From positions 10,664,001 through 10,728,000 of the forward strand of contig JBHGNT010000005.1 of NCBI GenBank assembly GCA_043228905.1: 64,000 nucleotides of DNA. Direction: 5' to 3'. This document shows, piece by piece, positions 1 through 13,582 of the stretch. A model generated the notes under the pieces. That model had not been told where the DNA came from, made no database searches, and saw nothing but the letters and a program-made list of their open reading frames with translations. The first letter of the stretch is position 1; each line of letters begins with the position of its first letter. Made by a program: the position numbers and the translations under genes. Source of the stretch: Azolla caroliniana. Its lineage: Eukaryota > Plantae > Polypodiophyta.

Positions 1-182
1 GTCGTGTGCAATCGTGTTGGTCCCAAGATTACTTGCTTTTGATTATCAAATGTTGGATCACCAGGACGAGGTGCAAGATATGAACGCCGTGATAGTGCAT
101 CTGCTTTTCCTTGCTGCTTCCCCGGTCGATATGTGATTTTGAAGTCGAAACACGTGAGGAATTGCGCCCACCGAGCTTGCCG

Positions 183-2042
183 TCAATTTAGTACGCGAGC
201 GTTCTGGAAATAAGCAAGATTTTTATGATCACTAAAGACAACGACCTGATGTGGAGAGCCCTCCAAGAAATGTCGCCATTGCACAAATGAATCCACGATG
301 GCTAATAACTCCTTGTCATGTATTTCGTAGTTGATTTCCACAACATCGAATTTGCGCGAATGGAAAGCCACCGGATGCAACTCTTCTTTATCTCCTTGTT
401 GAGAAAGGATGCTACCAAGGGCGAAATCTGAAGCATCGGCCTCCATGATGAATGGTTTGCTAGTATCCACATGAGCTAGAATCGGTGCTGATGTAAAGGC
501 TTTCTTAAGATGCCGAAAAGCCATATCTGCTTCAATGGACCAAAGAAATGCTTGGCCCTTCTTTGTAAGTTGTGTGAGGGGTAGGATAATCTTCGAGTAA
601 TCCTGTATAAACTTACGGTAGAAGTTAGCAAAACCTAGAAAACATTGTACATCTCGTACCGACCGTGGAATTTGCCACTCTAGTACAGTTTGGACTTTAG
701 CTGGATCCATGGCGATGCCCTTTAAGGAGATGACGTAGCCTAGAAATTCCACTTGCTTGCAGTCAAAGCTACATTTTTCTAGCTTGGCATAAAGACCATT
801 CTCGCGGAGTCGCTTTAGTACTAATAGTACATGAGAATCGTGCTCTTGTTGGGTCTTCGAATAAATCAATAGATAATCAAGATAGATGATCAAACAGATA
901 TCCAAGAGGTCTCTGAATATATCATTTGCCATGTGTTGGAAGATTGCGGGTGCATTGGTTAGGCCGAACGGCATAACAGTATACTCGAAATGCCCATACC
1001 ACGTGCGAAAGGCGGGCTTCCATTCATCTCCCGGTCGGATCCGCACAAGGTTATACGCTCCTCGTAGATCGATTTTGGTAAAAAACTTGGCACCATTAAC
1101 TCGCTCTAAAAGACTTGATATAAGAGGAAGTGCATACCTATTCCGGATGGTGACCTTATTCAATCCGCGGTAATCAACGACGAGACGAAGTGAGCCATCT
1201 TTCTTCTTGACAAAGAAGATGGGCGCACTGGCCGGAGATTTCGAATGACGGATGAACCCGCTTGCCAAGTTCTCCTCTATGTAGGCTCGAAGGACTTCTA
1301 ACTCCGTGGGTGACAAGTTGTAAATTGGTCCCCATGGTGGCTCGGTTCCTGGTTGTAAATCGATGGGACAGTCATAGGGACGGTGATGAGGAAGGGTTCC
1401 GGCTTTTACCTTGTCAAATACATCGGCATAAGGATGATATTTTGCCGGAAGTTGTACTGAGGAGTCCTTCTTAATAGTGCTGGAAGGATGTACTAATATT
1501 GCAAATAGGAACATTGCCTCCTTGTGTCCTTCTTCGCGTAATTGATGGAGTGAAATGGTCAAAACTCGGTGAGTAGATTCTTGGGGTGGTCGATATCAGA
1601 CTTCTCTTGTTCTCCAATCTATGGCTGGATTATGTAATTCAAACCAAGGTAATCCTAGGACAATGGGATGCTCAGGACTACTAATTATATTAAATGATAT
1701 TACACACACAAAACTACCTAGGACAACTTGAATGGGTTCTGATTCTTCTACAATATTCCCGGAAGCAATGGGACGACCATCAATGACTACTACAGATGCA
1801 GGACAAGGAAGTTTTCTTAGGGATATCTGAGAAGCTTGGGCAAAATTTCGATCCATGAAACAGGAATTAGCTCTGGAATCTAGGAGTGCTAGGACGGGTA
1901 CTAGGGGAGTACTTTTAGTACTAACAATGACTTGGGCTAGGAACACATTGCTAACTTGCTTGGAAGGAATGGAACCACTAATGGGCTGTACAGATCTAGG
2001 GCTGTTGTCCAACCAGACGGCTCCTATTTTGGCTGGACTCAA
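183..2042 (-). pseudogene. pol: pol of element A (protease 1596-2042; RT-RNase H 183-1562), frameshifted
   Basis: LLDSRA protease site; RT motifs VVDYRGLN, MPFGL and YLDY (from YLDD); RNase H DASDFALG; premature stops and frameshifts. Confidence 0.9.
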
Positions 2043-3196
2043 TCGTTTAATTCTTCATCTAATTGACTAAGGATTTCAAATTTGTTTGAGATACTTGGGC
2101 TATTAGTACTATGAATACTATCTGACACTCTATTAGTACTATTAGTACTATCAGACACTCCGAAGGGAAGAATTGACTCGGGTTTAGTACAAGCGACGAT
2201 TTGATTTACCTGTCTTCTTGGCCTATGGGGACAATTGATGGTGATATGCCCTGGTCCACCGCAATAAAGACATAATCGATTGGCACGTCGTCATTGCTTT
2301 TCTTCTTCCGATAACGGGCCGCGTCGACGCATGGTGTCGATCTCCATCGGTGTCGGAATATTGGCTTGGGGTACATCGCGTGCAAACGGTTTAGCCGTGA
2401 CTGAGGCGTATGTGGGTTCCGGCCGAGAGTGTGGTATTTGTAACTAACGCTCCGAACGCCGTTCGAAAAGGCGGTTGTCGGATCGGATCGCTCGACTGAT
2501 TGCCTCCGTAAGAGACTTTGGTTCTTCGGGGAAGGTTAAAAGTAGATCTTTGACATCATTGCGCAAGCCGTAGCGAAACTGCTCCATGAGGGCCTGATCA
2601 TCCCAGGGAATATCTGAGGCGAGTAGATGGAAATCCGCCACGTAGGCAGAGGCTGGACGATCGCCTTGACGCAATCTTCGGATCTTATTGATCGCCGTCC
2701 TGATGTTGTCGGTATCTCCAAAGCAAGCTTTAAACTCACCAATAAAATCTTCAAAGTTATTAAGCAAGGGTGATTGTTTTTCTAGAAGCGGAGCGAACCG
2801 TGCCAAGGCTGAGCCGCTAAGTAACGTGCCTATTAGGCCGACTCGAGATGCATCAGTGGGATATCGGGAAGGATGCATCTGGATGACTAAGCGTACCTGA
2901 TTAAGGAATCCCCGGAATTGCGATCGGGTTCCATCAAATTTCACAGGAAGTCAAATCTTGGGCTCTTTATGAAATCCTTGGGGACTTGATCCTTGTTGTT
3001 GCAACGCTGCTGCGAGTTGTTGTACCCGTAATGCTAACTCCCCATGTTGTTATTGCGTTTGTTGTTTTTCGAGAGCGATTTGTTGCAGATCCTCTATCAA
3101 CCGTTGGTTTTCTTGTTCCAGGGCAACAAACTTTTCTTTTAGGCACTATAACTCGCAGAAAACGGATTGATATTCTTGGGCGCTAACAGTAGCCAT
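2039..3196 (-). pseudogene. gag: gag of element A
   Basis: MATVSAQEY start homologous to MESVSKQEY of D; KFDGTRSQFRGFLNQ and LRQG motifs; CLYCGGPGH knuckle; disrupted. Confidence 0.85.
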
Positions 3197-3270
3197 AATA
3201 TAGGGAAAAGGGTAGGAGGATGAGGGAGAACGACAAGTAGGCTGGAGGAAAGGGAAAAATTGGTTCAAAC

Positions 3271-3703
3271 TGTCAGGAATAGTACTAAAGCAAAGATGGA
3301 ATTAGTACTAAGAAGAGTAGTACTATTAGTACTAAGAGGACGGGACTGCGTAAGATTCCCGAGAGAGGAAGTGAGAAGAGGAGAGAGAGAGAGATAGCGA
3401 GGATGAGAGAGAGAGAAGAATGATGACAACAACTAATATATTATGTGAAAAGATAAGTACAAAGCGGCTGAGAGGCTTAAGACTGGCGTTGAACCAATTT
3501 GGTTCAACATAATGCCTAGTGCCTGTCAGGAATAATCCTGAAACTTCTAGAATGTTCCAGAGAGATCTGGAATATACATTACTTTCTTATAATAAAATAT
3601 AAATGAAAATAATATTTTATGAATTATAATAGATGGTGTGATGGTTAAGAGCTCGACCCATATACCATAAGGTCATGGGTTCGAGTCTTGCCATATCATG
3701 ATA
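3271..3703 (-). repeat. 5' LTR of element A
   Basis: Ends TGACA followed by GTTTGAACCAATT, as in D; starts TATCATGATA (D: TGTCATGATA). Confidence 0.75.
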
Positions 3704-4817
3704 CTTACTAGCTTCTGGAATACCGAAACCTGATTAACGACATTTTTGTTTTGAAACATAATGCCAATCTTCTCCCAGAGCTCATGAGCCTTGCTCTGTT
3801 CATTGAAGTTGTTGTACAGGCTCATGTCGATGAAGCACCGTATGTACGCCGTTGTCTTCATGTGCATCACCTCCCATATCGCGGCGTTGATCTTGTCCGA
3901 TCTCTTGTCCCCGAACTGAACCGGCAACCAAAGATCTTTAACCACGAGCATGTCCCTCATCTTCGACTTCCACAGCGAATAGTTGGAGCCGGTGAGCTTG
4001 AACATACCTCCCAACGAATCGTCCATTTTCTGTGTCGTGTCGCTCTGATACCACTTGTCGGGAACTAAACGTCCCCTATGCGCAACGCTCGGCCACAACC
4101 AAGCTTCGAATCATACACAACAAATCAGGAATGAATGCACGACACAGTGAAGAGAAGAGTACACAGGATGTTTACCTGGAAAGCCCAAACTAGGGAAAAA
4201 ACCACGGAAGCCCACAAGCTGCAAACTATCACTATGTTACAGTGTACAACAGTAAAGCACCGAGGCAACAACCTCGAGCTTTCTATCTTCGCCACAGGCG
4301 GCGGTTACAACAGAGGCAACGACCTCTTCCTCTCTCTCTCTCTCTCTGTACACAGTTACGCGCTCTGATCTTGCACAAACAAGAATAACAACTCTCTAAA
4401 ATTTTGCCCTAAGTCATATTTATACTAATATGACTTTTTGGCTATTTACAAATATAGCCACGATGGACTCTCAGAAACATATTTACGAATATGTCTCTTC
4501 ATCCGGTGAGCACTCCTCACTGGGTCTGCACCATCTGGCTCTCCGTAGCCGGGTACTCCTCATCCGGTTCTCACCGGGTCTGCACCATCCGGCTCTCCAA
4601 AACCGGGTACTCCTCATCTGGTTCTCACCGGGTCTGCACCATCCGGCTCTCCGAAGCCAGGTACTCCTCATCTGGTTCTCACCGGGTCTGCACCATCCGG
4701 CTCTCCGAAGCCGGGTACTCCTCATCCGGTTCTCACCTTGGCCTATCGGCCTCGGACGAGTTTGCTCATCAGCACTGTTCTTCTCCCTTCCCATCCGGAG
4801 GGACCTGTCTCCCAACA
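3704..4817 (-). mobile_element. Ty1/Copia element B: 5' LTR 4056-4817, tRNA-iMet PBS 4042-4053, gag N-terminus 3704-4026
   Basis: TGTTGGGA...CGACA LTR resembling the LTR of E; PBS TGGTATCAGAGC; gag LTGSNYSLWKSKMRDML. Confidence 0.88.
4500..4737. repeat. About 4 copies of a 54-bp tandem repeat in the U3 of the B LTR
   Basis: Unit CATCCGGTTCTCACCGGGTCTGCACCATCCGGCTCTCCGAAGCCGGGTACTCCT. Confidence 0.85.
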
Positions 4818-7800
4818 GTCTGCTCGTGCGGCCTTTTCCAGCTCCCTTGCTGTCACGGTGTTGGCGCTTCTTCTGCTGCCATTTCTTCCAGTTGGCCTTC
4901 GGTTGATTCGGCATCTCCAAATCAAACACCCGAGCTGAATCGGGTGCTTCCAATTCGTCTCCGCTTTTGTCTGAATTGGTTGTCTCCAATTCGTCCTCAA
5001 TCTAGGCCTTCTCGCCCTTCTTGGCTTCATCTCCCCCATGCTGGGCTGGCTCTGGCTCTTTCGTTTAGTTGTTGCCCTCTTGTCCGCTTCCGGACTCTTC
5101 AGCGGATCCGCCTTCGGCTTCTTCAGCCAACACTAAATCGAATTTGTCATCTGATTTGATGTCGTGGTCACTTCCGCTCCTTTCCTTCTCCTTTCTGTGG
5201 TCTTGCGCGACTTGTCACTCCCGCTGCTTTCCTGATCCTGTCCGTGGTCTTACGGAACTTTTCTGCCCCTCAAGTTCGGCACGTTGAGGTGCCGCAACCC
5301 AAGCGCACCCAAGAATTGTTGCAACTTGTTTAGACCAAGCGGCTTGGTGAAGATGTCGGCGTTCTGCCGATCTGTCAGAACATACTGAAGTTCGACCTCA
5401 CCAGAGAGGACACACTCACGGACAAAGTGGTAGTGCACCTCAATGTGCTTAGTCTGGGTGTGAAAGACGTGGTTCTTTGCAAGTTGGATGTTGTTGAGGT
5501 TGTCGAAGTAGATCGTCGTTGGACCGCACACCTCCACCCGCAGATCCTCAAGTAGTCACTTCAGCCATATGGCTTCGCACGTTGCGACAGCCGCTCCTCG
5601 ATACTTGGCCTCTATGCTCGGTAGTGCAACTGTCGCCTACTTCTTGCTACTCCATGTGATCACGGCGCTCCCAAGGGAGAACGAGAATCCGGATGTGGAT
5701 CGGGGATCGCGGGCATTTTCGGCGCAATTGGCATCTGTATAGCCGACTAGTTGGGCGGCAGTACCAGTTCGATATAGTAGCCCCCGGTCCTTAGTGCCAC
5801 TGACGTACCTAAGTACGTGTTGCACGCACTAAAGGTGCTCCTCGGTTGGCCACGCCATGAACTGAGTAATCAAGTCGACCGGGTAACTGAGGTCTCGCAG
5901 AGTGATAGTCAAGTAGATGAGGCTTTCACAGTTCGGTCCAAAGAAGTTGAGACAGACTTATAGTCTACCATCCCGAACTTGAAGAGCATACTAAACACGT
6001 AATGTTGTTGGCTGATCAGTATGCCTTCGGGGGTTTGGATCACTTCAATCCCGAGAAAGTAATGAAGGTCCCCTAGGTCCTTCATATCAAATGATGCCAC
6101 AAACTTGAGCTTTACGCGGTCAATTTCACCTAGGTCGACATCAGCAATGACCAAGTCATCAACATGAAGTAAAATACTAACAGGCCCAAGTCGAAATTTC
6201 CGGACGAACAATGAAGAGTCCAATTTGGACGTCGCAAATCCCATCTGACACAATCGTTGCGTGATCTTCGCGTTCCCACATGCGGGGATTGCTTTAGTCC
6301 GTAAAGGAACTTCTTTAACCGGCATACCGCCGAAGTGTTCGTTCTGGAGTGAAATCCGGGGGTTGTACCATGTACACTTGTTCCTCAAGCTCGCCTTGAA
6401 GGAACGCATTCTTTACATCCATCTGATGTAAGTGCCACCCCTTCACCGCAACTACCGCAAGCAAAACACGGGTTGTCGTCATCTTCGCAACTGGTGCAAA
6501 CGTCTCATCGTAATCGATGTCGTGTTGCTGCACATAGCCTTTTGCTACTAACCAGGCCTTGTATTGGTTGACTGAGTCGTCGGTCTTGTACTTGACCTTG
6601 TACACCCACCTGCATCCAATCGGCTTTACAACCTTGGGGGCATCAACCAGGTCCCAGGTTTCATTCTCCGCAAGTGCGTTCATCTCTTCCTCCGTGCCGG
6701 CACGCCAATTTGCGTCCTTTGCCGCTTCTGCGTAGCTCTCTGGCTCAGGCACTTCCGCTACACGTGTCATGTACGCATAGTGATGCACCATGTACTCGTT
6801 GTATCCGAACTGCATAACAAGGTTCTTCTGGCAGGTAGATCGATGTAATTTCCCATTAGCCGATGTTGAGGCCGTTATGGCCGACGTGGACTTCGCTCTT
6901 GAAGGCCCGTCATCGCTCTTCTCAGAGTCGGATTAACGTCAATCCGACTACCAAGCCATTGCCCCCTATTTTTGTATCGCGCAACGATATCCTGCACATT
7001 TTCCCATGTATTGGTGAGGCCACTCTTAGTAGTGGTGTCCTCTAGGAGCATTCCAAGATCTTTCCGGTCCCGGACATCCACGGCTCGTCAGAACATAAGC
7101 ACTTTGTCCAGTGCGAGGATAGCTTGATCTCTCGCGAACCGACTTTCGAATGCCGAAAACACATCGAGGACCTTCAACCCCTTGTTTGGTGTTTCAACCC
7201 AATCTTCGAATCCTCTACGTGTTGCCTTGGAGGAGTCCTTGATGGCGAACGTGGTCTTTAGCGCTTCTTTAAATGCTTCCCACGTCGGATTTTGTTGTCG
7301 TATCCCGTGAATACTCCCTTGAAGCCCATCCGTAGCCACCTGATTGAAGGATGTCACTTGCAATCCTTCCGATATGCCACATCGTAGCATTTCTGCCTTA
7401 TAATCCCGCAAATATCGTGACACATCCTTCCTGTTGAATTGCCCGTTCCGTTGCATGAGCCACTCTACTACCGCCGCAATCTCCGACATCGCGCGTTGTT
7501 CTTGTAGCATCCGCTCGAACATCGTCATCATGTTGTTAGTTTCCGGTTGTTGATTCTCCATCTCCTTGCCACTCGTCTTCACGTCGGGTTCACCACTTGT
7601 GTCGTGCCTTTCGGCGCCGGATCGTTTGCGTGAGTCGGGTGGGAACCGTTGGGGTTTTGGACTAGAAGAAAGAAGAATATGAGATAATGTTAGTTAACAA
7701 AATATTGCAAGATGGAGATATGAAACTCGTGAATCCCACGAGTATAGTGTATTAATTGATACTTAGATTGTAAGAGAGAATTAGATGGCAAAATCGTGAA

Positions 7801-10800
7801 TCCCACGAATATTTTGTATTAATCAACCCTTATAAAAAATCAACAATCATATACATCTTTCTCTCTTCCTTATATAGTGATGGAAGAGTCTAAGTTTATC
7901 ACATGCAAGCATCATGCTTTTTCTAACTTTAGTTTTCATGCACACTACATGTGCATGATTAGCTATCTATCACATCTTTTCTTTTAACTCTAGTGTGTAT
8001 GCATGAATAACTTTTTCTATCATGCTTATCTAGAATATTTACATGGGATAAAGTTTAGTATAACATTAAAACTCATAATATGCTAGTACAGTGGTAAGGC
8101 TTAAAATCGTTAACATGGAGGTACAGGGTTCAAATTCTGCCCTATGCATGTAACAATATTTTTAGTATTTTCTTTTATTTATTTATGCGTACTACAATCA
8201 GATATCTTTTTTACATATTTCACGTAGTGTGCGAATTACACTATGATAATGTCCAGCTTCCTTTGCTTCTCCTTCGGCATATGCACATAAGCGATGCTAC
8301 CGAAAACCCTCAAGTGTCGTAGATTCCACTTCCTTCCGAAATATAGCTCATGTGCCGACATTTTTTCTCTGATCTGATTCTGGATGTAGACCGCGGTTCG
8401 GACCGCTTCAGCCCAATAGAACTTGGGCATGGTCTTTTCTTCTAGCATTGCCTGCGCCACTTCCACAACCAACCGATTCTTCCTTTCGGCTACATTGTTT
8501 TGCTATGGCGTATACCTGCAACTGAATTCGCGCCGAATTCCCATTTGTTGCAGATAACTATTGAATTGGTGGGAAAAGTACTCTTTTCCGCCATCCGACG
8601 CAGGCACTTGATCTTCCTCCATGTTTCCCTTTTGACAAGATTTTTGAGGTTCCGGAAACAGTCGAAGACTTCACTCTTCTTTTCTATGAGGTAGATCCAT
8701 TTGTGTTGGGTGTAGTCGTCGATGAAAGACACGAAATATCGACTCCTGCCAAGAATCACATTCTATGTCGGTCCCCATACATCTGAATGTATCAAGTCGA
8801 TCTTATTTCGGCTCTGATTACGCTCATTGGGGAAAGGAAGTTGGTGTTTCTTTCCTAGCTGGCAGGCTTCACAAATTTGGGCCTTTAGACCACTGAATTT
8901 CGGCAATCCGAACACAACTTGTTTTGAGTGCAGGTCCGGAAGCCTTTGGTAGTTAACGTGGCCTATCCGCTTATGCCACAAGTCGATATCCGACTCGACT
9001 TTTTGCCCTTTCGCGAACATGGCAGTGCCTACTTCATTGGTGTCGAGGATGAACATCCTCCCATCTCTGCGCCCTTGCGCAATAACTTGGCCTTCTTCCT
9101 CGATGAAGCACCCGAGATGCGTGAACTGGACTTGCATCCCCTGGTTGACTATCTATCCCACCGACACCAGATTCTTCATAATTGTTGGGACGTGTAACAT
9201 GCTCATTAGTTTCCCTTTTTGCTCGACGTGGCTGAGGGGAACTTCACCGACATATACGATCAGATCCGGAGTGTCGTCTCTTGTTGCGACTGCCCCCGGT
9301 TGTTCTGGTTTTTCCAGATATGAGAACCACTCTTTATGGCTCGTCATATGGTTTGACACTCCGGAGTCAACATACCACAAATAGTCTGATTTCGGGGTGG
9401 TCTTCTTCATCGAGTTCGCTTCATGTCTTGTCACGAAGGCTGTCCCCTTTTCGACTTTTTCGGATCCTTCGGCATAGTGCGTCCGCTGCCAATTTCCTTG
9501 TTTGGTCCATCCGGATCAGGATCTGGTTTTCTCTGAATCGATGCGCTTCTTCCAGCACTCGCTTTCCTTGTGACCTTTCTTGCCACAATAGCAGCATTCT
9601 GAGGCGTGTTTCCCTTGTCGGGTCTCGTCGCCTCCTCGACTCCCCCTACTTCTGGAGGGTCCGGAATTGCTGTCGGCATCACCACGATGCCTTCTTCCTT
9701 TCTCCCATCGACCGCCTCCATTGCACGCCGACTCGCCTTGTCCACCACAACTACGGGGCCAATTTCCCTCCGTGTACATCATCTTGTTGTCGGCGTGCGT
9801 ATTCGTCGACACACCCGCATGATTCTCCTCTACAAGGAGCATTGACTGCAAGTCGAAAAACGATGGTGTATTCTCCCTTGTACAAATAGTAGTTCGGAAT
9901 GCCATGAACTTCGATGCCAATCCTCCGAGGCAGATCTGCACCATTTCACCCTCCTCAATGTTCACATCAATGGAGGCGAGGGAGTCGCAAATATCCTTTA
10001 TCTTGGAGGTGTAGTCAGCTACCGTCATGTCGCGTTGACACACATTGCTCAACTCCTGTCGGAGTTGGAGCTTCCTAGTTGTGGTGCTTGCATCGAAAAT
10101 CTTTTTCAGATTTCCCCAAGCATCCTTCGGTGTTCTTGCATCCCAAATGTAACTCAAGAGTTGTTCTCTCACACAGGGCGCGAAGCAGTAGGGAACTCTG
10201 CTCGCCGATTGTTCCCAGGCCGGGAAGTCTCTGTGTGTCGATTCAGGTGTTGCATCATTCGCTCCATCAACATAGCTCCAATATCCATGTCCAAGCAGGT
10301 ACAGGTGCATCTTGTACGACCAAGATGCATAGTTACTTCTTTCGAGCCTCTCAGTTGGAAGCGAACTATCCATACCACTATCCTTTTTTTCCTTTCTGTT
10401 CTTCACCGAGATTAGGTTTTTTTGTTTCAAGCTGAAGTCGGTTGTAGAGGTTCTCAACCCTCGCGCTCTAATACCATGTGAAATGTTACGTGCGGAAGCT
10501 ATACGAAACACAGAATACCGACAGAGAAAAAACAGGTTTAATGGAGAGCTTAAGTCACAATGTACGCGGGAGAGACAGAGAGGGAAAAAAACACCGAAAA
10601 ATTAAATTCGAATAATGTGTAAACTCTGTACATAGGATGTCCTCAGAGAGCACTTTTATACAAGTCCATACAGATTGACAGAAGTATTGACACGTACTTC
10701 AATGCTCATAACTGAGCTCCTACACTAACTCCCAAATATATTCCCTCGTGGAATATCTGTTCAACGACCTCCCAGTTTCCGCACCGATCCGGCCTCTTGT

Positions 10801-10885
10801 TGCGCACTGATTTGTGCACCAGTTTACGCACCGATCAGGCCAATGTTGAGCTTGTATCGCCACAGTGAGGGGCACGGAACCGACA
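4818..10885 (-). mobile_element. Ty1/Copia element C, degenerate (5' LTR ~10477-10885, PBS 10465-10476, gag-PR-INT-RT-RH fragments)
   Basis: gag knuckle CCYCGKKGHKESEC; WYVDSGVSNHM; HSDVWGP; [10 protein letters not shown]; TKHIEVHYHF; same family as H. Confidence 0.9.
6940..8248 (-). mobile_element. Truncated Gypsy-type element inside C: 5' LTR ~7600-8248, tRNA-Trp PBS 7578-7595, gag fragment
   Basis: PBS TGGTGAACCCGACGTGAA follows a ...CACGACA LTR end; gag-like ORF 7088-7582; interrupts the C integrase after KQRKLD. Confidence 0.75.
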
Positions 10886-11560
10886 CAAACATGATGGAAC
10901 AGGTGCAGTTATAAAGTGGGCACTTACTAATGAATAACTAAAGGTCTATGGTATGCATATGAATTGTGTTATTCATGTAGTGGATTTTTTAAGAACTAAT
11001 ATGTCGTCTAGTGTAATTGGTGTTTACCCTTCCTAGGTTAGAGATATCAAATACGTATTTTGGGAAGTGAGAATGGATGAAGTAAATAGAGAGAAGACAC
11101 GAGAGTGCCAAGGAATCCTTGAACTACGATCTCTCCACTTTGTTTTTGGTTATTCTATGAAGGATGTTCATTGTATTACAGTTAGAGAATTAATATGTTT
11201 TTGCTACCATTGTGTACAGAAAAATTGGAAGCAATGTCCAAACAAAGCATATATTCATAATTGGGTATACCATACATTGGTGGACAAGGAAGCAACTAAA
11301 GTAGAGCCAGAAAACACTCACAAGGAGTTCACATATCAGGGATCTGGGGACACTCTAAGTGATGTTGTATACGTTGGAGATAATTGAATCACTGTAAATG
11401 TTGAAGATGGAAGTTCAGAGGGGTTGATTTTTACTTATTGAAGTGCACAATTTGTAAATAATGTCGAACTCACAATATTGTAGAATCTGCTTGGGGAAAT
11501 GTTGGAGCATTCAATGTTGAAGGTATTTTTTATGCAAGAGTGGATAAATATGATATCTCC
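10886..11560 (+). pseudogene. Degenerate DNA transposase C-terminal fragment (Sola-like)
   Basis: HDGTGAVIKWAL directly after the C LTR, then RSLH...RELICFCYHC in ORF 11067-11387. Family assigned from recalled motifs only. Confidence 0.4.
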
Positions 11561-13231
11561 TCATCAGTTGTAGTGTCAACCCAATCGGACACATCATGCA
11601 GGTAGGTTAATACTTGAGGTTCTACAACAAGATGTATTGCCTAATTAGTGGTTGGTAATACTAGGTAACTCCCACTATCATTTTGTCTAATTGGAATAAA
11701 CTTTATCTAATTAGCTTCCAATTAACCATGTGTTTAGCCTATTGTACCATGGTCTTATGGTGGTGAACAACCATATTTCCAAAATTTTCTTCTAATAAAA
11801 GCTTTATTGCTTCTGTGTGTGGTAACCATATTTCTGAAATTGAATTCTAATCAGAGCTTTATTGCTTTTGTGTGTGGTAACAATGCCCATGATCCATTTT
11901 GGCATTTGACCAATTAATTTTTACTCATTCTTTCTTATTTTAAACAAACTAATAATGTAGTCTCACTCATTTACTCCTGAAAGTTGTTATCGTTGTAAAC
12001 ATGGAGTTTGTTAGCACATTTAATATAATTTTTGTGTTAAACTACTCTATTAAATGAACCCTAATAATATAATTTCAGGAATGGAACCATAAACATAATT
12101 TCCAAAATCTAATTCTAATCAAAGCTTTATTTTTTCTATGTGGGGTAACCATATAAACCCTAATAAAATCATTTCCAGAATTTGATTCTACCTTACTTGT
12201 TAGACTGATATTTTCACAACATCCTCGTCTGCGACTCCAATGACTTTGTCGTAAACCACAACCATATAAAAACCGCTACTGGTGAGTTTTAAAAGAAAAC
12301 AAATAAAACACTGGGACATTTGAAATAGGTAATATGTTGCTTTTTCCTTTTCACGTCTTGGTGACATGCTAAAAAATGCCTTATTTTAGCTGACTTTCAA
12401 AAAGGTATGAAGCATGCCTACATAGTTTCTTATAACATAGTGGAATTTTGAACTAAATAATTTCATGATAAGAATATCAATAGTCTTATATTCTACCTAT
12501 CATGTTTTTTTATCCAATTCTTAGATAAGGTATGAAATTCCATGCAAGTTTATGTTGGACTAAAAGTCCTACTCCACCCAATTGTATTCCTAGTGTTAAC
12601 ACTCTCAGAGTTAGGGCTTAGTTAACCTAACTATATAAGAGAGAAATGTATCTTGTAACGAGAGTTCGATGAGATTAATATAACAACAGTCTTCTTGACC
12701 CATAATGGTGTAACTGTAAATCTCTCTCTCTCTCTGTTAGTCTTCTTGACCCATAATGCTTCACACATTATACTACACATGTTGCACCTAACTACAAAAC
12801 CAGATTCTTTGTGGAACAGGGAAATCGTACACATCGATACATATTAGAGCCCATCCCGTTATCTGCCATTCGAACTATTGCTTCCATGCGACTTAGCACA
12901 CATGCATTGAGATGTGAGACAAGGCGTTGGGGCACAAGTGATGAGAGTGGTCTGTTATGCACACTCTGCCCTAAATAAGTTCGGGAGTCCGAGTATCACA
13001 CTTTGATACAATGCTCTGCCTTTGATAATATTCGACCATGCTTTCCACATCTCTTTGACTGAGCCCAATCCTTGCACAAATTTCTCTCACAAACACAATG
13101 TGCACTCTCGATTGCAACATTCATTGGTAAAGTTCTTGAACATCGAGGGTCACTACTCACTTTCACACGTATCACGTGAAATGTAATATTTTTGGTCTCA
13201 TAGATCATATTTGACCTCCGAAGACGATAAT

Positions 13232-13235
<4 letters not shown>

Positions 13236-13266
<31 letters not shown>
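13236..13266. repeat. (CT)n microsatellite
   Basis: Dinucleotide run. Confidence 0.9.
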
Positions 13267-13268
<2 letters not shown>

Positions 13269-13582
13269 AATAGGTACACTGTTTCATAACTCCACCCTGT
13301 GTTTGCTAACTTCACGATTCGATCTATATACACTTCCGCATCAGTCGACCAACCTCGATCAACAGTAGCCGACAGACACATATAGTGTCAACAAAGTGGA
13401 ATTAGAGCGACTTGGAGTTTTGCAACAACAACACAAGAACAAGGAGAAATTGAGTGAAGGAAAGGGCCATGCCAGACAATCACCCCCACAAGAATGATGA
13501 CATCCATATCTAGTACTGGTGTTGAAATTCGAAAAATCAACAACAAGAGTTTTTCGATGTGGAAGGGGATGATGTAGGGCGT

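Larger units (their letters stand above)
1..3703 (-). mobile_element. Ty3/Gypsy chromovirus-type (Tcn1-like) LTR retrotransposon A, degenerate; 3' part runs off the window
   Basis: gag, protease, RT and RNase H are closely similar to element D (32878-37463). 5' LTR at 3271-3703. Inserted into the gag of Copia B. Confidence 0.9.

Noticed and set aside
3634-3692. Functional tRNA genes at the A/B-box sites
   Set aside because: Acceptor and anticodon stems do not pair convincingly; only the boxes and spacing are kept.
12630-13350. Possible host exon or promoter
   Set aside because: No convincing ORF or splice pattern; left unassigned.
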